From the NCBI GenBank assembly GCA_042217665.1, contig JBDGSH010000075.1, positions 1-38,987 on the forward strand: DNA of 38,987 nucleotides, in the 5' to 3' direction. Below the pieces are notes generated by a model. It was not told the DNA's origin and made no database searches. It saw only the letters and a list, made by a program, of their open reading frames with translations. The position numbers were made by a program, and so were the translations under genes. This stretch comes from Candidatus Nanohaloarchaea archaeon. Lineage in GTDB: Archaea; Nanohalarchaeota; Nanosalinia; Nanosalinales; Nanosalinaceae. Shown in pieces: positions 24,201 through 32,800 of the stretch. The first letter of the stretch is position 1. The number at the start of each line of letters is the position of its first letter.

Positions 24201-27200
24201 TCGGTAGGTTTTTGAGGTGGTTTCGCCCAGTGTGTCGTTGGCGTAGAGTTTGACGGTGTTGGTGCCGAGCGTCCATGCTGAAGTGTTTATGTCGTAGCTT
24301 CCGATGAAGTCTGTGGTGTTGGCGTTGCCGTTGTGGCTGTACTTGACCGTGTCAAGGTTGAGGTCGGTGACTGTGTAGTTGAGTACAGTGCCTCTCTCCA
24401 CCTGTGTGGCGTTGCCAGGTGTGTCAAGCGTTAGTTGGGGGGGCTGGGTGTCTACCTGGAACTTGACTGTAGAGGTGTTGGTGTTTCCGTGGAGATCTTC
24501 TGAGAAGATTTTGAGAGTGTTGTTGCCTTCCGCTGCCTGTATTTTTTCTCTGCTTCTGTAGATGTTCCTGCGTTCCGGCTGGAGAGAGTAGCCTAGTTTC
24601 AGGTTTGCTGCTTTCCTGTTTCCTATCTCTTCGTGTTCCATGTCAGTCCGGTTTCCGGCGTCCCAGTCCAGCGCGTTACCTATGTAGATTATGTTTGACT
24701 GTTTGAGTCTGAGCTCTTTTATCACCGGTGAACGGGAGATGCTTGGCGAGCTGGCGTTGATCCTTAGTTTGAATCTTCTCGAATCTGTTGATAGGCCGTT
24801 GACTGCGTAGCTTCCTGAGCCGTCGAGCTGAATTGTGTTGCTTGTTTCTTCCGTCTTCAAGTCGTTGTCCGGGTCGGAGAGAACGGTTACGTTGACTTCT
24901 CCTGCGTTCAATGCTACGTCCGTCTCCAACTGGAGGTTTGAAACATTTCTGTCGCTTGTGAATGCTTCCCAGTAGGTTTTCATGTTTCCTGAGGTTTTTT
25001 CCGACAGTTGCTGGATTTCTGTCTGTGTTAGTGCGGAGCTGTAGAACTGTACTTCGTCTATTTTTCCGTTGAAGAAGTCTGAGGTTCCGCTGCTGTCGTA
25101 TTCTTGGCCTATGCTGATTATATCCCGGGGCTGAATCTCGGTCGTGGTTGTAGCCGGGAAGTCGCCGCCTGTGTCTTCTCGGCCGTTTACATAAGCTCTT
25201 AAAGTGTTGGAGGATGCGTTGAGGGTGATTGCTACGTGTGTCCATGTGTTGTCGGGTATTGAAAGCGATCCTTCTAATCCTCCGGCGTTGGCGTCGTTTA
25301 CGTAGATGTGGTTGTCGGTGGCGGAGTTGTTGAGTGTGTAGAGGATTAGGCGGTTGCTGTAGTCGTCTTGGTTGGCTCCTATTACCGTGCCGGTGTTTTC
25401 TGTGTTTATCCATGCTGTCCATGTGAAGCTGGATTCGTTGATTTTTTCTGAAACGTTTTTTCCGAGGTTTATGTAGTCGTTGGCGCCGTCAAAGCTGTAG
25501 GCGGAGCTGTTGAGTATTCCATCTGTTTTGCGTGTTACGTTGCCGTTGGGCTGTGCTGTCAGGTTTTGAACAGCTTCTTGTGTATAGTTCTTATCGGTAT
25601 CAAGTGTGTAGTATGCTTGGAGTGAGGGCCATGGTTTTTGGGCGGGTTTTTTCTGGTAGAGTGTTTCTGTGTCTCCGTTGAGTGTGTACTTGACTGTTTT
25701 CAGGAACTGGTCGCCGACTGTCAGGTTTCTCCAGATGGTCTGGCTGTGGTAGAGCCGGTTTTGTGGCGATGTGGTGTTTTGGAAGGGTTGGGTGACTTCC
25801 CAGTAGAATTCTCTGGTTGACCTGTTTTTGGCGCCTACTATGTCTTCTGCGTAGACTGTTACATTGTGTTTGCCTTCCTGGGCTACCGGTATTGAGGTGT
25901 TGGGGCTGAATCGGTACTTGCTTCTTCCGTCTACCTGGAAGAACCATTTTTCGATCGCGTCGGTTGATGAGACGTTGAGGTAGGTGGGGTGGTTGGTGCG
26001 TTTTTCCGGCGCTGCAAAGTAGATTGGTGGCGGTGCTTCGTCTTCGTTGGCGGCTTTGAATGTTTTTACCTTGGTTGCGTTGCACTGGTTTTTGGAGTCG
26101 CAGAAGTAGATTTTCCACGCAACTGTTTCTCCGTTGACTGACTTGTTCTGCCATGTGAAGTTGGTCCGGTTCCAGGTTCCTGCTGAACCGATTTTTCTGG
26201 GTGAGCCGTAGCGTGGTGTATGGTTCTGCCAGGATCCGGTTTCGTTGGTGGCTAGTACGGCTTTTGTCAGGTTTAGCTGGTCGAATCCTTCTGCTGAGAG
26301 TTCTATGCTTCCGGCTGCCGCGACAAGGTCTTTTGACTGTTGCTGGTTTCTCCATTTCGGCGGTCTGTCGGTTTCGAAGACCTTGATCGTTCTGTTGTCA
26401 GGTGCGAAGCTGCTGACGCCGTCATGGTCGGTTACTTTGATGTTCCATTTCAGGGTTGACGGCAGGTTGATGTCGGTGAAGTCGAGGTTTATACTGTTTT
26501 CTGTGTTGTTTTGAATGTTTGTCGTTTGTTTTACGCGGCGCCAGTTGGATTCAGGGTCTTTGTATGTTATGTTGAGCTGTTTGAGAAGCGGTGTCTCGGT
26601 TCTGTTGCCTTTGAAGTCTGCTCTTATTTTGAGGGCTTTGGATTTCGGTAGCTGTGTTATTTTGTCGGCGTAGTTCCATGTTCCGGAACTGTTTTCTGCG
26701 TAGCTTATGTTTAAGTCTGTTTTGTCTGGCTCTGTAATTTCTGTGTTTGTTTTGTTCCAGTAGACTGTTTCTCCCAGGTTGATTGTTTTTTCGTAGCGTC
26801 CTTCTGTCAGGTACTGTTGTTGGAACTGTTCTACGCCGGCTTTGAATGTTTTCACCGGGTTTCTGATTCTTCTGGCGGCGTCTGTGACGTTGGCGATTTC
26901 AGGGTTTTGAGAGCTCTGGAGATGGTATTTGATGTTGAAGCTTTGAGAGGTTATCTTTGGCGTTGTTCCGTTGTATCCTATTTCCATTCCTACTGTTGAT
27001 GGTGCTGTGAACCTTATTGCGTCGGCTTTTGTAGCGTTCCATGCTGCTGCGAACACAGGTTTTGATGCGTTGTTGTAGAACCCTATGTAGCCTATTTCTT
27101 CTATCAGTCCGTCGTCCAGAACCTGTTCTCCGCCTGATGTGTAGTTTACAAGTTTTTTCCAGAGGTAGGGTCCGCCTCTTGTTCCTATCCAGTCTCCTAC

Positions 27201-29807
27201 GTGGTCTCCGGTTTTCCCGGCTCCTCCTGGCTTTATAAAGGTTCTGAGGAAGTAGGCGCTGTATGCTCCGTCTTTTATTCTTGTTGACTGGTTGATGAGG
27301 CCTGTTGAATGGTAGAATGTGTAGTTGGTTTCTGCTATCGTGTTTTCGCAGTTTACCAGGGTTTTTACCGGTCCTTGTTCTGTTATGGTGCATGTGGTTG
27401 CGGGAGCTGCTGGTTGTTCGGATTCGCGGTTGAATCCTTGTATTACTTCGCCTGTTTCGGAGCCGTTTACCAGTGTTCCCAATGGGGCGCCTTTTATGGG
27501 TTCTGGCTGGCTGTTGTCTAGGTCTGGTTCTATTCCCCAGACCTGTGTTCCGTTGTAGTAGACGGTGATGTTTTTCCATTGGATGAAGCTGTCGGTTGGG
27601 TCGTATGACCAGTCGTTGGTCTGGTTGTATGAGTTCCAGTCGGAGTCGTGTATCCTGTGCTGGAGTTCTTCGTAGTTACCTGGACTGACAGAGGCTGAGG
27701 GCAGGTCGACTTCCAGGTATGTGTTTCCGTTTGAGTCGTTGGTGAAGGATGTGGTTCCGCAGCTTCCTATGGTTGAGGAGTCGCATTCGAAGACATTGTT
27801 TTTGTTGCCGTCCTCTGTGAACCAGTACCTGTAACTGACCTTGCCGTAGTCTACTGTTTTGGTTCCTTGGTTGTGTATCCGGACGTAAGATTTCAGGGTG
27901 CCTGTGCTTTCAGGGTCATAGGTCCCGCTGTGGTATGTTACTGACAGGTTTACAGGGTTTTCTCTCTCTTTTCCGTATGGCTTGATCAGGTTTTCTCCGT
28001 TTCTGAGTTTGAGTGAGTCGATGGCTCCTATGGACCTGTTTAGGTCCAGGCTGTAGACCGTGTTGTTGACGTGTATGTTGTCTGTGGAGGTTTTTACGTC
28101 GAGTTGTGTGGTGTAGCTTGGAGGGTTTATTGAGGTGTTGGTGCTGAAGTAGATGTGGTAGGTTCTGTTGGTGTCTGCGGCGGTTTCTCTGTTCATTATC
28201 CATGTCAGGGTTCCTGCTGCGTTGGTTGCCGTGTCGTAGTTTGAAGCTTTTTTGAACCGGAAGGGTACTTCTTCGAGCGAGCTGCCTTCTGCTTCGATTA
28301 CTCTGATTGAGTCAGTGTTTAAATCGGTGTTTGAGGCTCCTGCGTTTTGGAGTGCTTCTGTAAAGTTTACCTGTGTTTTTACCACGGCTTCTTTTCGTTT
28401 ATAGTTGCCTGTGGAGACGTTTATTTTTTTCCTGTAGCCCCAGTCTCTGTTCCACCAGTTTGATTCTGTTTGAAGCCTTACAGATCCTGATGCGGCTGTT
28501 GTGTTCTGGAAGCTGCCCGGCGTCCAGTCTGTGGTGTCGTCCAGGTTTATCTGTCGGGTTACGTTGCCTGAGACGTTCATCCATAGCGCTGCTGTGTCGC
28601 AGGTTGATTCGAAGCACTGCGGTGTGAAGTTGAATTTTACCGGTTTCAGGTGTCTTGAGCCGGTTTCAGGTTTTTTTAGCTGTACTTCTGGCGGTTTCTC
28701 TTTGTAGATTTTTAGTGAGTTTATTATAGGGGTGAAAGTAGCTAGGGAGGATTCCAAAACTGTTTTGAGGGTTATGTCGCTTCCGTCAGGTTTTATGTTG
28801 ACCGAGTAGTTTTTGGTTGTGGCTCCAGAGTCGAGTTGTATGTTCTGTGTGTTTCCTGCGTTGTTTGAAAGTTTTAGGTAGGCGTCTGAGGAGCCGTTAA
28901 GGTTTTCAGAGCTGACCTGGATTTTTTGGACGGTTTGATGCGGTTCCAGTGTTTCTGTAAGTGTGTGTTGTGCCTGGTACGGTGTTCCGTGGATGAACTG
29001 TTGTTTTATCTGGCTCTGGGTTAGTGCTGTGCTGTATACTTTTGGTTCGTCTATTTTTCCTATGTATTGGTCTCCTCCGCCCGGGTTTTCTCCTATGCTT
29101 AGACCTGAGGTTCCGAATCCTGAGATGGATCCTGATGTGGTGGTTTGAGCTGCGGTTTTTCCGTTTATGTAGAGTTTTTGTGCGGAGCCGTCGTATGTTC
29201 CTGTTACAAGCGACCATTCTCCTTCTGGTAGGGTGGCGCCGGGGGTGTTTGAGCTCGTGCCTCCCGTGTTCAGGTGGAATCTTATGTCCGTGCTGCTTCC
29301 TTGTACGTACTGGAAGCCGTAGGCTTGTCCTGAGTACATGATCGGGTGGACGTTGTAGTTATCCTGTGGTCCTTCCGGTTTCATCCATGCTGAAAGGGTT
29401 ATCTGGCTGGTCGGTTCCAGTGAGGTGGAGGCCGGTATAAGGACGTTGTCTCTCCAGTCGCCGTCGAATCTGAAGGAGTTGGTGGAGAAGACGCCCTGGA
29501 CTCCTGTGGCTGTGGGCTGGTTTCCTGAGGTTGTGGAGCCGTTGTTTCCGTTTCCTGAGTAGTCTACTACTGTTCCTCCGTTGCCTGAAACCGGTCGGTC
29601 GAAACGCCAGTATCCTGCCAGATTGTCGGTTCTTGTACCGTTTCTGTAGCCTATCCGCAGGTTTCCGCTGTTTGTACCTGTTTCTGCGGTTGTCACATTG
29701 AATGTTCCCTGGTTCCAGTCTGTTGCTGTATTAACGACTGTTACTGCTGTGGCTGCGGCAATTAAAATTCCTACAGCGGCTATTATCAGGGTTTTACTGT
29801 GTTTCAT
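21222..29807 (-). CDS. Giant secreted surface protein (2861 aa): LamG x2, DUF2341-like, CBM3-like, Ig-like repeat arrays, four-Cys C-terminal module
   Basis: A single uninterrupted ORF. N-terminal signal/anchor MKHSKTLIIAAVGILIAAATAVTVV. Domain motifs are listed as sub-features. N-X-S/T sequons are very dense. The ATG lies inside the last codons of the upstream giant gene (14-nt overlap). Confidence 0.9.
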   Translation of the reverse strand: MKHSKTLIIAAVGILIAAATAVTVVNTATDWNQGTFNVTTAETGTNSGNLRIGYRNGTRTDNLAGYWRFDRPVSGNGGTVVDYSGNGNNGSTTSGNQPTATGVQGVFSTNSFRFDGDWRDNVLIPASTSLEPTSQITLSAWMKPEGPQDNYNVHPIMYSGQAYGFQYVQGSSTDIRFHLNTGGTSSNTPGATLPEGEWSLVTGTYDGSAQKLYINGKTAAQTTTSGSISGFGTSGLSIGENPGGGDQYIGKIDEPKVYSTALTQSQIKQQFIHGTPYQAQHTLTETLEPHQTVQKIQVSSENLNGSSDAYLKLSNNAGNTQNIQLDSGATTKNYSVNIKPDGSDITLKTVLESSLATFTPIINSLKIYKEKPPEVQLKKPETGSRHLKPVKFNFTPQCFESTCDTAALWMNVSGNVTRQINLDDTTDWTPGSFQNTTAASGSVRLQTESNWWNRDWGYRKKINVSTGNYKRKEAVVKTQVNFTEALQNAGASNTDLNTDSIRVIEAEGSSLEEVPFRFKKASNYDTATNAAGTLTWIMNRETAADTNRTYHIYFSTNTSINPPSYTTQLDVKTSTDNIHVNNTVYSLDLNRSIGAIDSLKLRNGENLIKPYGKERENPVNLSVTYHSGTYDPESTGTLKSYVRIHNQGTKTVDYGKVSYRYWFTEDGNKNNVFECDSSTIGSCGTTSFTNDSNGNTYLEVDLPSASVSPGNYEELQHRIHDSDWNSYNQTNDWSYDPTDSFIQWKNITVYYNGTQVWGIEPDLDNSQPEPIKGAPLGTLVNGSETGEVIQGFNRESEQPAAPATTCTITEQGPVKTLVNCENTIAETNYTFYHSTGLINQSTRIKDGAYSAYFLRTFIKPGGAGKTGDHVGDWIGTRGGPYLWKKLVNYTSGGEQVLDDGLIEEIGYIGFYNNASKPVFAAAWNATKADAIRFTAPSTVGMEIGYNGTTPKITSQSFNIKYHLQSSQNPEIANVTDAARRIRNPVKTFKAGVEQFQQQYLTEGRYEKTINLGETVYWNKTNTEITEPDKTDLNISYAENSSGTWNYADKITQLPKSKALKIRADFKGNRTETPLLKQLNITYKDPESNWRRVKQTTNIQNNTENSINLDFTDINLPSTLKWNIKVTDHDGVSSFAPDNRTIKVFETDRPPKWRNQQQSKDLVAAAGSIELSAEGFDQLNLTKAVLATNETGSWQNHTPRYGSPRKIGSAGTWNRTNFTWQNKSVNGETVAWKIYFCDSKNQCNATKVKTFKAANEDEAPPPIYFAAPEKRTNHPTYLNVSSTDAIEKWFFQVDGRSKYRFSPNTSIPVAQEGKHNVTVYAEDIVGAKNRSTREFYWEVTQPFQNTTSPQNRLYHSQTIWRNLTVGDQFLKTVKYTLNGDTETLYQKKPAQKPWPSLQAYYTLDTDKNYTQEAVQNLTAQPNGNVTRKTDGILNSSAYSFDGANDYINLGKNVSEKINESSFTWTAWINTENTGTVIGANQDDYSNRLILYTLNNSATDNHIYVNDANAGGLEGSLSIPDNTWTHVAITLNASSNTLRAYVNGREDTGGDFPATTTTEIQPRDIISIGQEYDSSGTSDFFNGKIDEVQFYSSALTQTEIQQLSEKTSGNMKTYWEAFTSDRNVSNLQLETDVALNAGEVNVTVLSDPDNDLKTEETSNTIQLDGSGSYAVNGLSTDSRRFKLRINASSPSISRSPVIKELRLKQSNIIYIGNALDWDAGNRTDMEHEEIGNRKAANLKLGYSLQPERRNIYRSREKIQAAEGNNTLKIFSEDLHGNTNTSTVKFQVDTQPPQLTLDTPGNATQVERGTVLNYTVTDLNLDTVKYSHNGNANTTDFIGSYDINTSAWTLGTNTVKLYANDTLGETTSKTYRFDIVDDKPPLITLDRPENNTAVRSNTTLNFTVKDPELDYVSYSINGNQNSTDFIGSYDINLSHSQEEPIEVQIYANDTQGNSNTKKYSFIVDETKPRLNLTKPENKTYTTNNIPINYTVDEPNLNKTFFSTKNYKNITITENTTISVGQGDNHLTLYAEDEAGNLDSETEYFFVDSIGPQITIQSPENRTYQTNDIQAKVALDEKTQACRYSLDNGENVSMTKQTNTSFTTQLHNIEYRQHTIKFSCQDRYGNWNSKTRKFTAVTPAEKYSTYWTTPICTEGRSPCRINETFIISKDNIGTNEPNSPNTVDSASDGTSGTYNSAESIEAINITDLNASTFSQNHTVEVSVKAHCWETTPSDDTVNIIYTETPENPNWNVASSQTCPAGGFQTFTTRFQLTGTGNTTVRGLIEYNGGSTTVEQTSGYGDQDDVVIPLDNQPPKINNLKPANKSYIGQGENITFAVNDPENHFDTLKYSVDSGTNQTQTSPFKINTTNWTPGTHTVKIYANDTAGNLNTTTLEYYIDANPPNWNNLTATRNSSETDRIYTGGKINLSANWTDQNTLGTAELATNQTGTFQNSSLAPPQNLEGSQHVSKFTASIGDNQNQTLGWKIHANDSYGNTNTTTTQTLEIWEKANITITAPTGEISGAQATTRCSVNKTLDNDPVKNYNVEFRLKNSTQTFYLGQNQTDKTGEAQLTWNTDSYQKGNYTASCSITANTTRQIQPEKTEANTSIKLLTKGKLNVTLQNPAADTKVAQNKTFKANATVKCLESDCGTANTYLRYNRTGTTPETLVPETGNPLHTVNTNKKTCSLNQGENCTVQWKVNASGAEHSKHVIDVKANSTNAKKNHTVNRKITIDVLLLLNTNYSAIDFPQGYPGETVSAPKNSEGYTVSLDEDSNAGSLWMNMSKLSLVGGTDQPNQIIEPENTSWSYRSTCSYSGSNKFTGSFEQIDQNFQAGETVNQCFWQEIPFGHYNGTYTGTLTIKVNTTN
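21225..21983 (-). other. C-terminal module shared with the 2413-aa protein (four conserved Cys plus terminal beta-sandwich)
   Basis: In the 2861-aa protein: FKANATVKCLESDCGTANTYLRYNRTG..ETLVPE.GNPLH...KKTCSLNQGENCTVQWKVNASG.EHSKHVIDVKANS...NRKITID. In the 2413-aa protein: FTANATIQCREGVCGETNATIRYNETG..DTLIPEGSGTPFH...LKTCGALTSENCTKTWQVNATADLGTEHLIDVNTSS...DRKITVN. Confidence 0.7.
23412..24449 (-). repeat. Array of four tandem ~85-90-aa Ig-like repeats (Cys-free type), aa ~1787-2132
   Basis: Each unit begins with PP(Q/L)(L/I)T(L/I)(D/Q)xPxN and continues as ..LNYTV.D.NLD.V.YS.NG..N.T.F.GSYDIN......V.(L/I)YANDT.G(E/N). For example, PPQLTLDTPGNATQVERGTVLNYTVTDLNLDTVKYSHNGNANTTDFIGSYDIN is followed by PPLITLDRPENNTAVRSNTTLNFTVKDPELDYVSYSINGNQNSTDFIGSYDIN. 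Additional isolated copies lie at aa ~1262-1340 and ~2306-2395. Confidence 0.75.
25005..25619 (-). other. LamG / concanavalin-A-like lectin domain 2 (aa ~1397-1601)
   Basis: QAYYTLD...AYSFDGANDYINLG...FTWTAWINTE...TWTHVAITLNASSNTLRAYVNGRE...FFNGKIDEVQFYSSALTQTEIQQL. Confidence 0.8.
27525..27956 (-). other. CBM3-like carbohydrate-binding module (aa ~618-761)
   Basis: NLSVTYHSG...YVRIHNQGTKTVDYGKVSYRYWFTEDGNKNNVFECD...TYLEVDL...VSPGNYEELQHRIHDSDWNSYNQTNDWSYDPTDSFIQWKNITVYYNGTQVWGIEP aligns block by block with the clostridial scaffoldin CBM3a as I remember it: NLKVEFYNS...[35 protein letters not shown]...TYLEISF...LEPGAHVQIQGRFAKNDWSNYTQSNDYSF...FVEWDQVTAYLNGVLVWGKEP. Confidence 0.8.
28140..28463 (-). 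other. DUF2341-like domain (aa ~449-556)
   Basis: SNWWNRDWGYRKKINVS...DSIRVIEAEGSSLEEVPFRF...TLTWIM...RTYHIYFS. This matches the remembered W..W.yR..i.i ... iR..d..g..l.ye ... iY.YY pattern. Confidence 0.6.
28992..29624 (-). other. LamG / concanavalin-A-like lectin domain 1 (aa ~62-272)
   Basis: Matches the Laminin_G_3 pattern: LAGYWRFD...DYSGNGNNG...FRFDG...ITLSAWMKPEG...EWSLVTGTYDGSAQKLYINGK...YIGKIDEPKVYSTALTQSQIKQ. Confidence 0.75.
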
Positions 29808-32800
29808 TGGCTTTGAAGTAGAGTTTTCCTTGGTAGTTTGCGGATTTTAGGCCTTCGGGGATGTCGATCCAGTAGTATGTGGTTACGTTGGTTCCTGAGG
29901 GAATGTTTGATGCGAGCCGGCTGTAACTGTTTAGAAGTGTGTTTTCCTGGTTTAAGCTGTTTTGTTTGGCGTAGCTGATGTTTTGTGCGGGGATTGTGTA
30001 GTTGCCCCAGCCGCCGGTTGTGAGGTTGGTGCCTCTTATGTAGAGCCGGTCTACTGTGACGCTGTTCTCCGGTACTGTGATGTTGTAGAGGGATTGGTTG
30101 TTTCCTTTTGCGGACTTGTTTTGCTGGCCGGGTGCCAAGGTGCCGAAGCTTACCTTATTGAACCCTAGGTCGATCATCATGGCCTGGTTGACGGTTATTT
30201 TTCTGTCCGGCGAGTCTGATGGCTTGGCCCGAGTGGAGGAGGTGTTTACATCGATCAGGTGTTCTGTTCCCAGGTCTGCGGTGGCGTTGACCTGCCAGGT
30301 CTTGGTACAGTTTTCGGATGTGAGCGCGCCGCAAGTCTTTAAATTGGTTTCGTTGAGGTGGAACGGTGTTCCTGAGCCTTCAGGTATCAGTGTGTCGGCT
30401 TCTCCGGTTTCGTTGTATCTTATAGTGGCGTTTGTTTCTCCGCAGACCCCTTCCCGGCATTGAATGGTTGCGTTGGCGGTGAAGACCTCTCCTTTTGGAA
30501 CCACGGTGTTTTCCGGCGGTTCGTTTATCTTGATATCTATGAAACCGGTTTTTGAGATGTTTAGTTTATGTTGGTCGGTGGAGCCTGAGTTCTGTGAGCT
30601 GTCTTCGACTCTGAACTTTAGATCCAGTTGCTGTTTTATGTTGACTGTCGTATTTACTATGTAGCGGGCTGTCATTGTTGAACCGGTTGTTAGTTCGCCG
30701 CCTAGGCTTGTGTTCCATGTAATGTTTTTGTTTTGGAGCGTTCCTCCTTCTCTGATTATTCCTGAGATGTTGTACCAGATTTTTTCTACGTTCCAGGTCT
30801 TGTTGAGTCCTGAGTGTTTTAGAATGTCTTCTGATTGGATCTGCCAGGCTGTGTCGCCGTCGTTTCTGATTTGGAACTCTAACCTGTATTCTGCATTTTC
30901 TTTCTGTTGGCGGATGTTGTAGGTTTTGTTGAGTCCGGAGGCTATGAGTGTTCCTCCTGTCTCCTGTTTTTGCTGGGAGAGATCGGTGACGTTGTAGATT
31001 TCTATATCGGTGATGTTGGGTACCGGTGTTCCTTCTGAGAGGCCGTATGCATCGAATTTTGTGACGTTGAAGGTGAAGTGTGTTGAGTTTTCGCGGTGTG
31101 GGTAGGCTGAGGTCTTGTTTTTCTGCCAGTTGGAGCATTTTCTGGTCGTGTAGTTCCAGTCCGTGCAGTGTAAAATAATGTTAGGGCTTATTCCCATTTT
31201 TGGCAGCTTGAGCTGCGCTTTTCCGAAGTTTAGACCTGTCTCATTGAGTGCGTAAACTGTTTCGATGGTTTCAACGTTTTCCAGGTTTTTTGCGTTGTAG
31301 TTTTGAACTAGCTGTTGTTGGATGTTTGTTGTTTGCTGTGTTGAGAAATTGTAGAGTGTGAAGGCTGCTTTCTTGCTTCCTACCTGGGCTTCCGTGGTGA
31401 TACTGTAGTTTCTGTTCTGTGGGAGCTGTATGCTTTTCTGTTGGCTGATTTTGTAGTTGTAGATTGTTTTTCCGTTGGCTTTGATTGTTACGTTGCTGTC
31501 TTTGAGCGTTTCTCCTGTTTCCTGTGTCAGGTTTACTTTTAGATCGTTGCCTTTTACGACTTCGAATTCTCCGGTTTTTGTTACGTTGGTGTTGGCTGAG
31601 GAGTCTTTGACCCACACTCTCCACGCCACTGTTGTTCCTTCCGAGATTGATTTGTTTTTCCAGTTGAAGCTGATGTTCAGGGGTTCTGTGGCGTCTAGGT
31701 TTTTGGGAGAGCTGTAGCTTGTCTTGTTTTGCCAGGAGCCGGTTTCGTTGGTGGCTAACGTTGCTTCTTTTAGTCTTACGTTGTCTTCTGCTTCAAGCTG
31801 TAGTTCTGCGCCTTTTTGTTGAAGTACGTAGGTTTTTCCGTTCTGTGTATATCCGGAGGCTTTTGGAACGGTATCTGTGTTGGTTATTATTGGCGGTTGG
31901 GTGTCTTCTGTGATTTTGAATGTGTCGTGGCTGGTTGAGGATTTGAAACGGGGAGAGGAGGCTACTGAGACAGTTGAGTAGTTGCCTGGACTGTATTTTC
32001 TGGTGTCGAACGTTAGGTTTGTTTTTTGGGTGTCTGTGACGACGGTTTTGGTTGTTTTGAGGGTCTGTGTTTTTCCTGTTTCTGTGTTGGTGTTTTCGGG
32101 GTAGGAGACGTTTACTGCGGTCCAGAACAGGTTGACGAAGCCGTCTTCCCCGTATCCGGTTTCGTCGTAGTAGCCCTGGAGCTTGGTCTGGTCGATGTTG
32201 TTCCATGTCAGCTCCGGGTATTCGTTTGTGATGTTGATCCATGGGCTGGAGGTTTTCTGGACGTTTGAGCTGCCCTGGATATCTGTAGTGTATCCGTTGC
32301 CTGTGCTGTGGCGGAGCATGTAGTTGGCTTCCCAGCCGGCGAAGTTGGTGACAGAGTACCTGTAGCGGATCCAGGCACCTTGGATTTTACCGGTGTCGAA
32401 GTTTGAGACGAAGTTTTGGCCGTGAGCCGCTCCATCGATCGGGCTTCCTCCCTGTGAGTTCCCTATTGCGGTTGCGTTGGTGTCGTCGCGGCCTATCAAC
32501 GCGTTTAAGTCGCTGACAACTCCTGTGTCTTTGACTGCGTCTCCTGCGTAGAAGACATGGGTTTCAGGTATGTTGAGACTATAGCCGGGTTTTGCTGCGG
32601 ACGGATTATCGTAGTATGCCATGAAACGTGTGTCTTTTGTTGTTCCTTTGTTAGTATCGACCAGGAAGCTGGCCTGGCACCATGTTGCGTTGTTGCCTGA
32701 GTCTATCTGGCTTGGTACTTCTGTTGTGGAGGCGTTGACTGTTTTTACTATTCTTATTTCTCTGCATGTATCTATCTGGTTGTTTAGACCTGTTATGTTG

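Noticed and set aside
24676-25422. Long same-strand, out-of-frame ORFs inside the giant genes (24676..25422, 25600..26355, 26899..27579, 23083..23577, 30566..31138, 31793..32242, 28906..29217). They encode R/Q/P/H/K-rich sequences.
   Set aside because: All lie wholly within the two giant ORFs. They translate to low-complexity basic sequence with no domain-like pattern. The sense strand of these genes is A/C-rich and T-poor (many AAC/ACA/CAA codons), which depletes stop codons in all sense frames. They are a compositional artefact, not overprinted genes.
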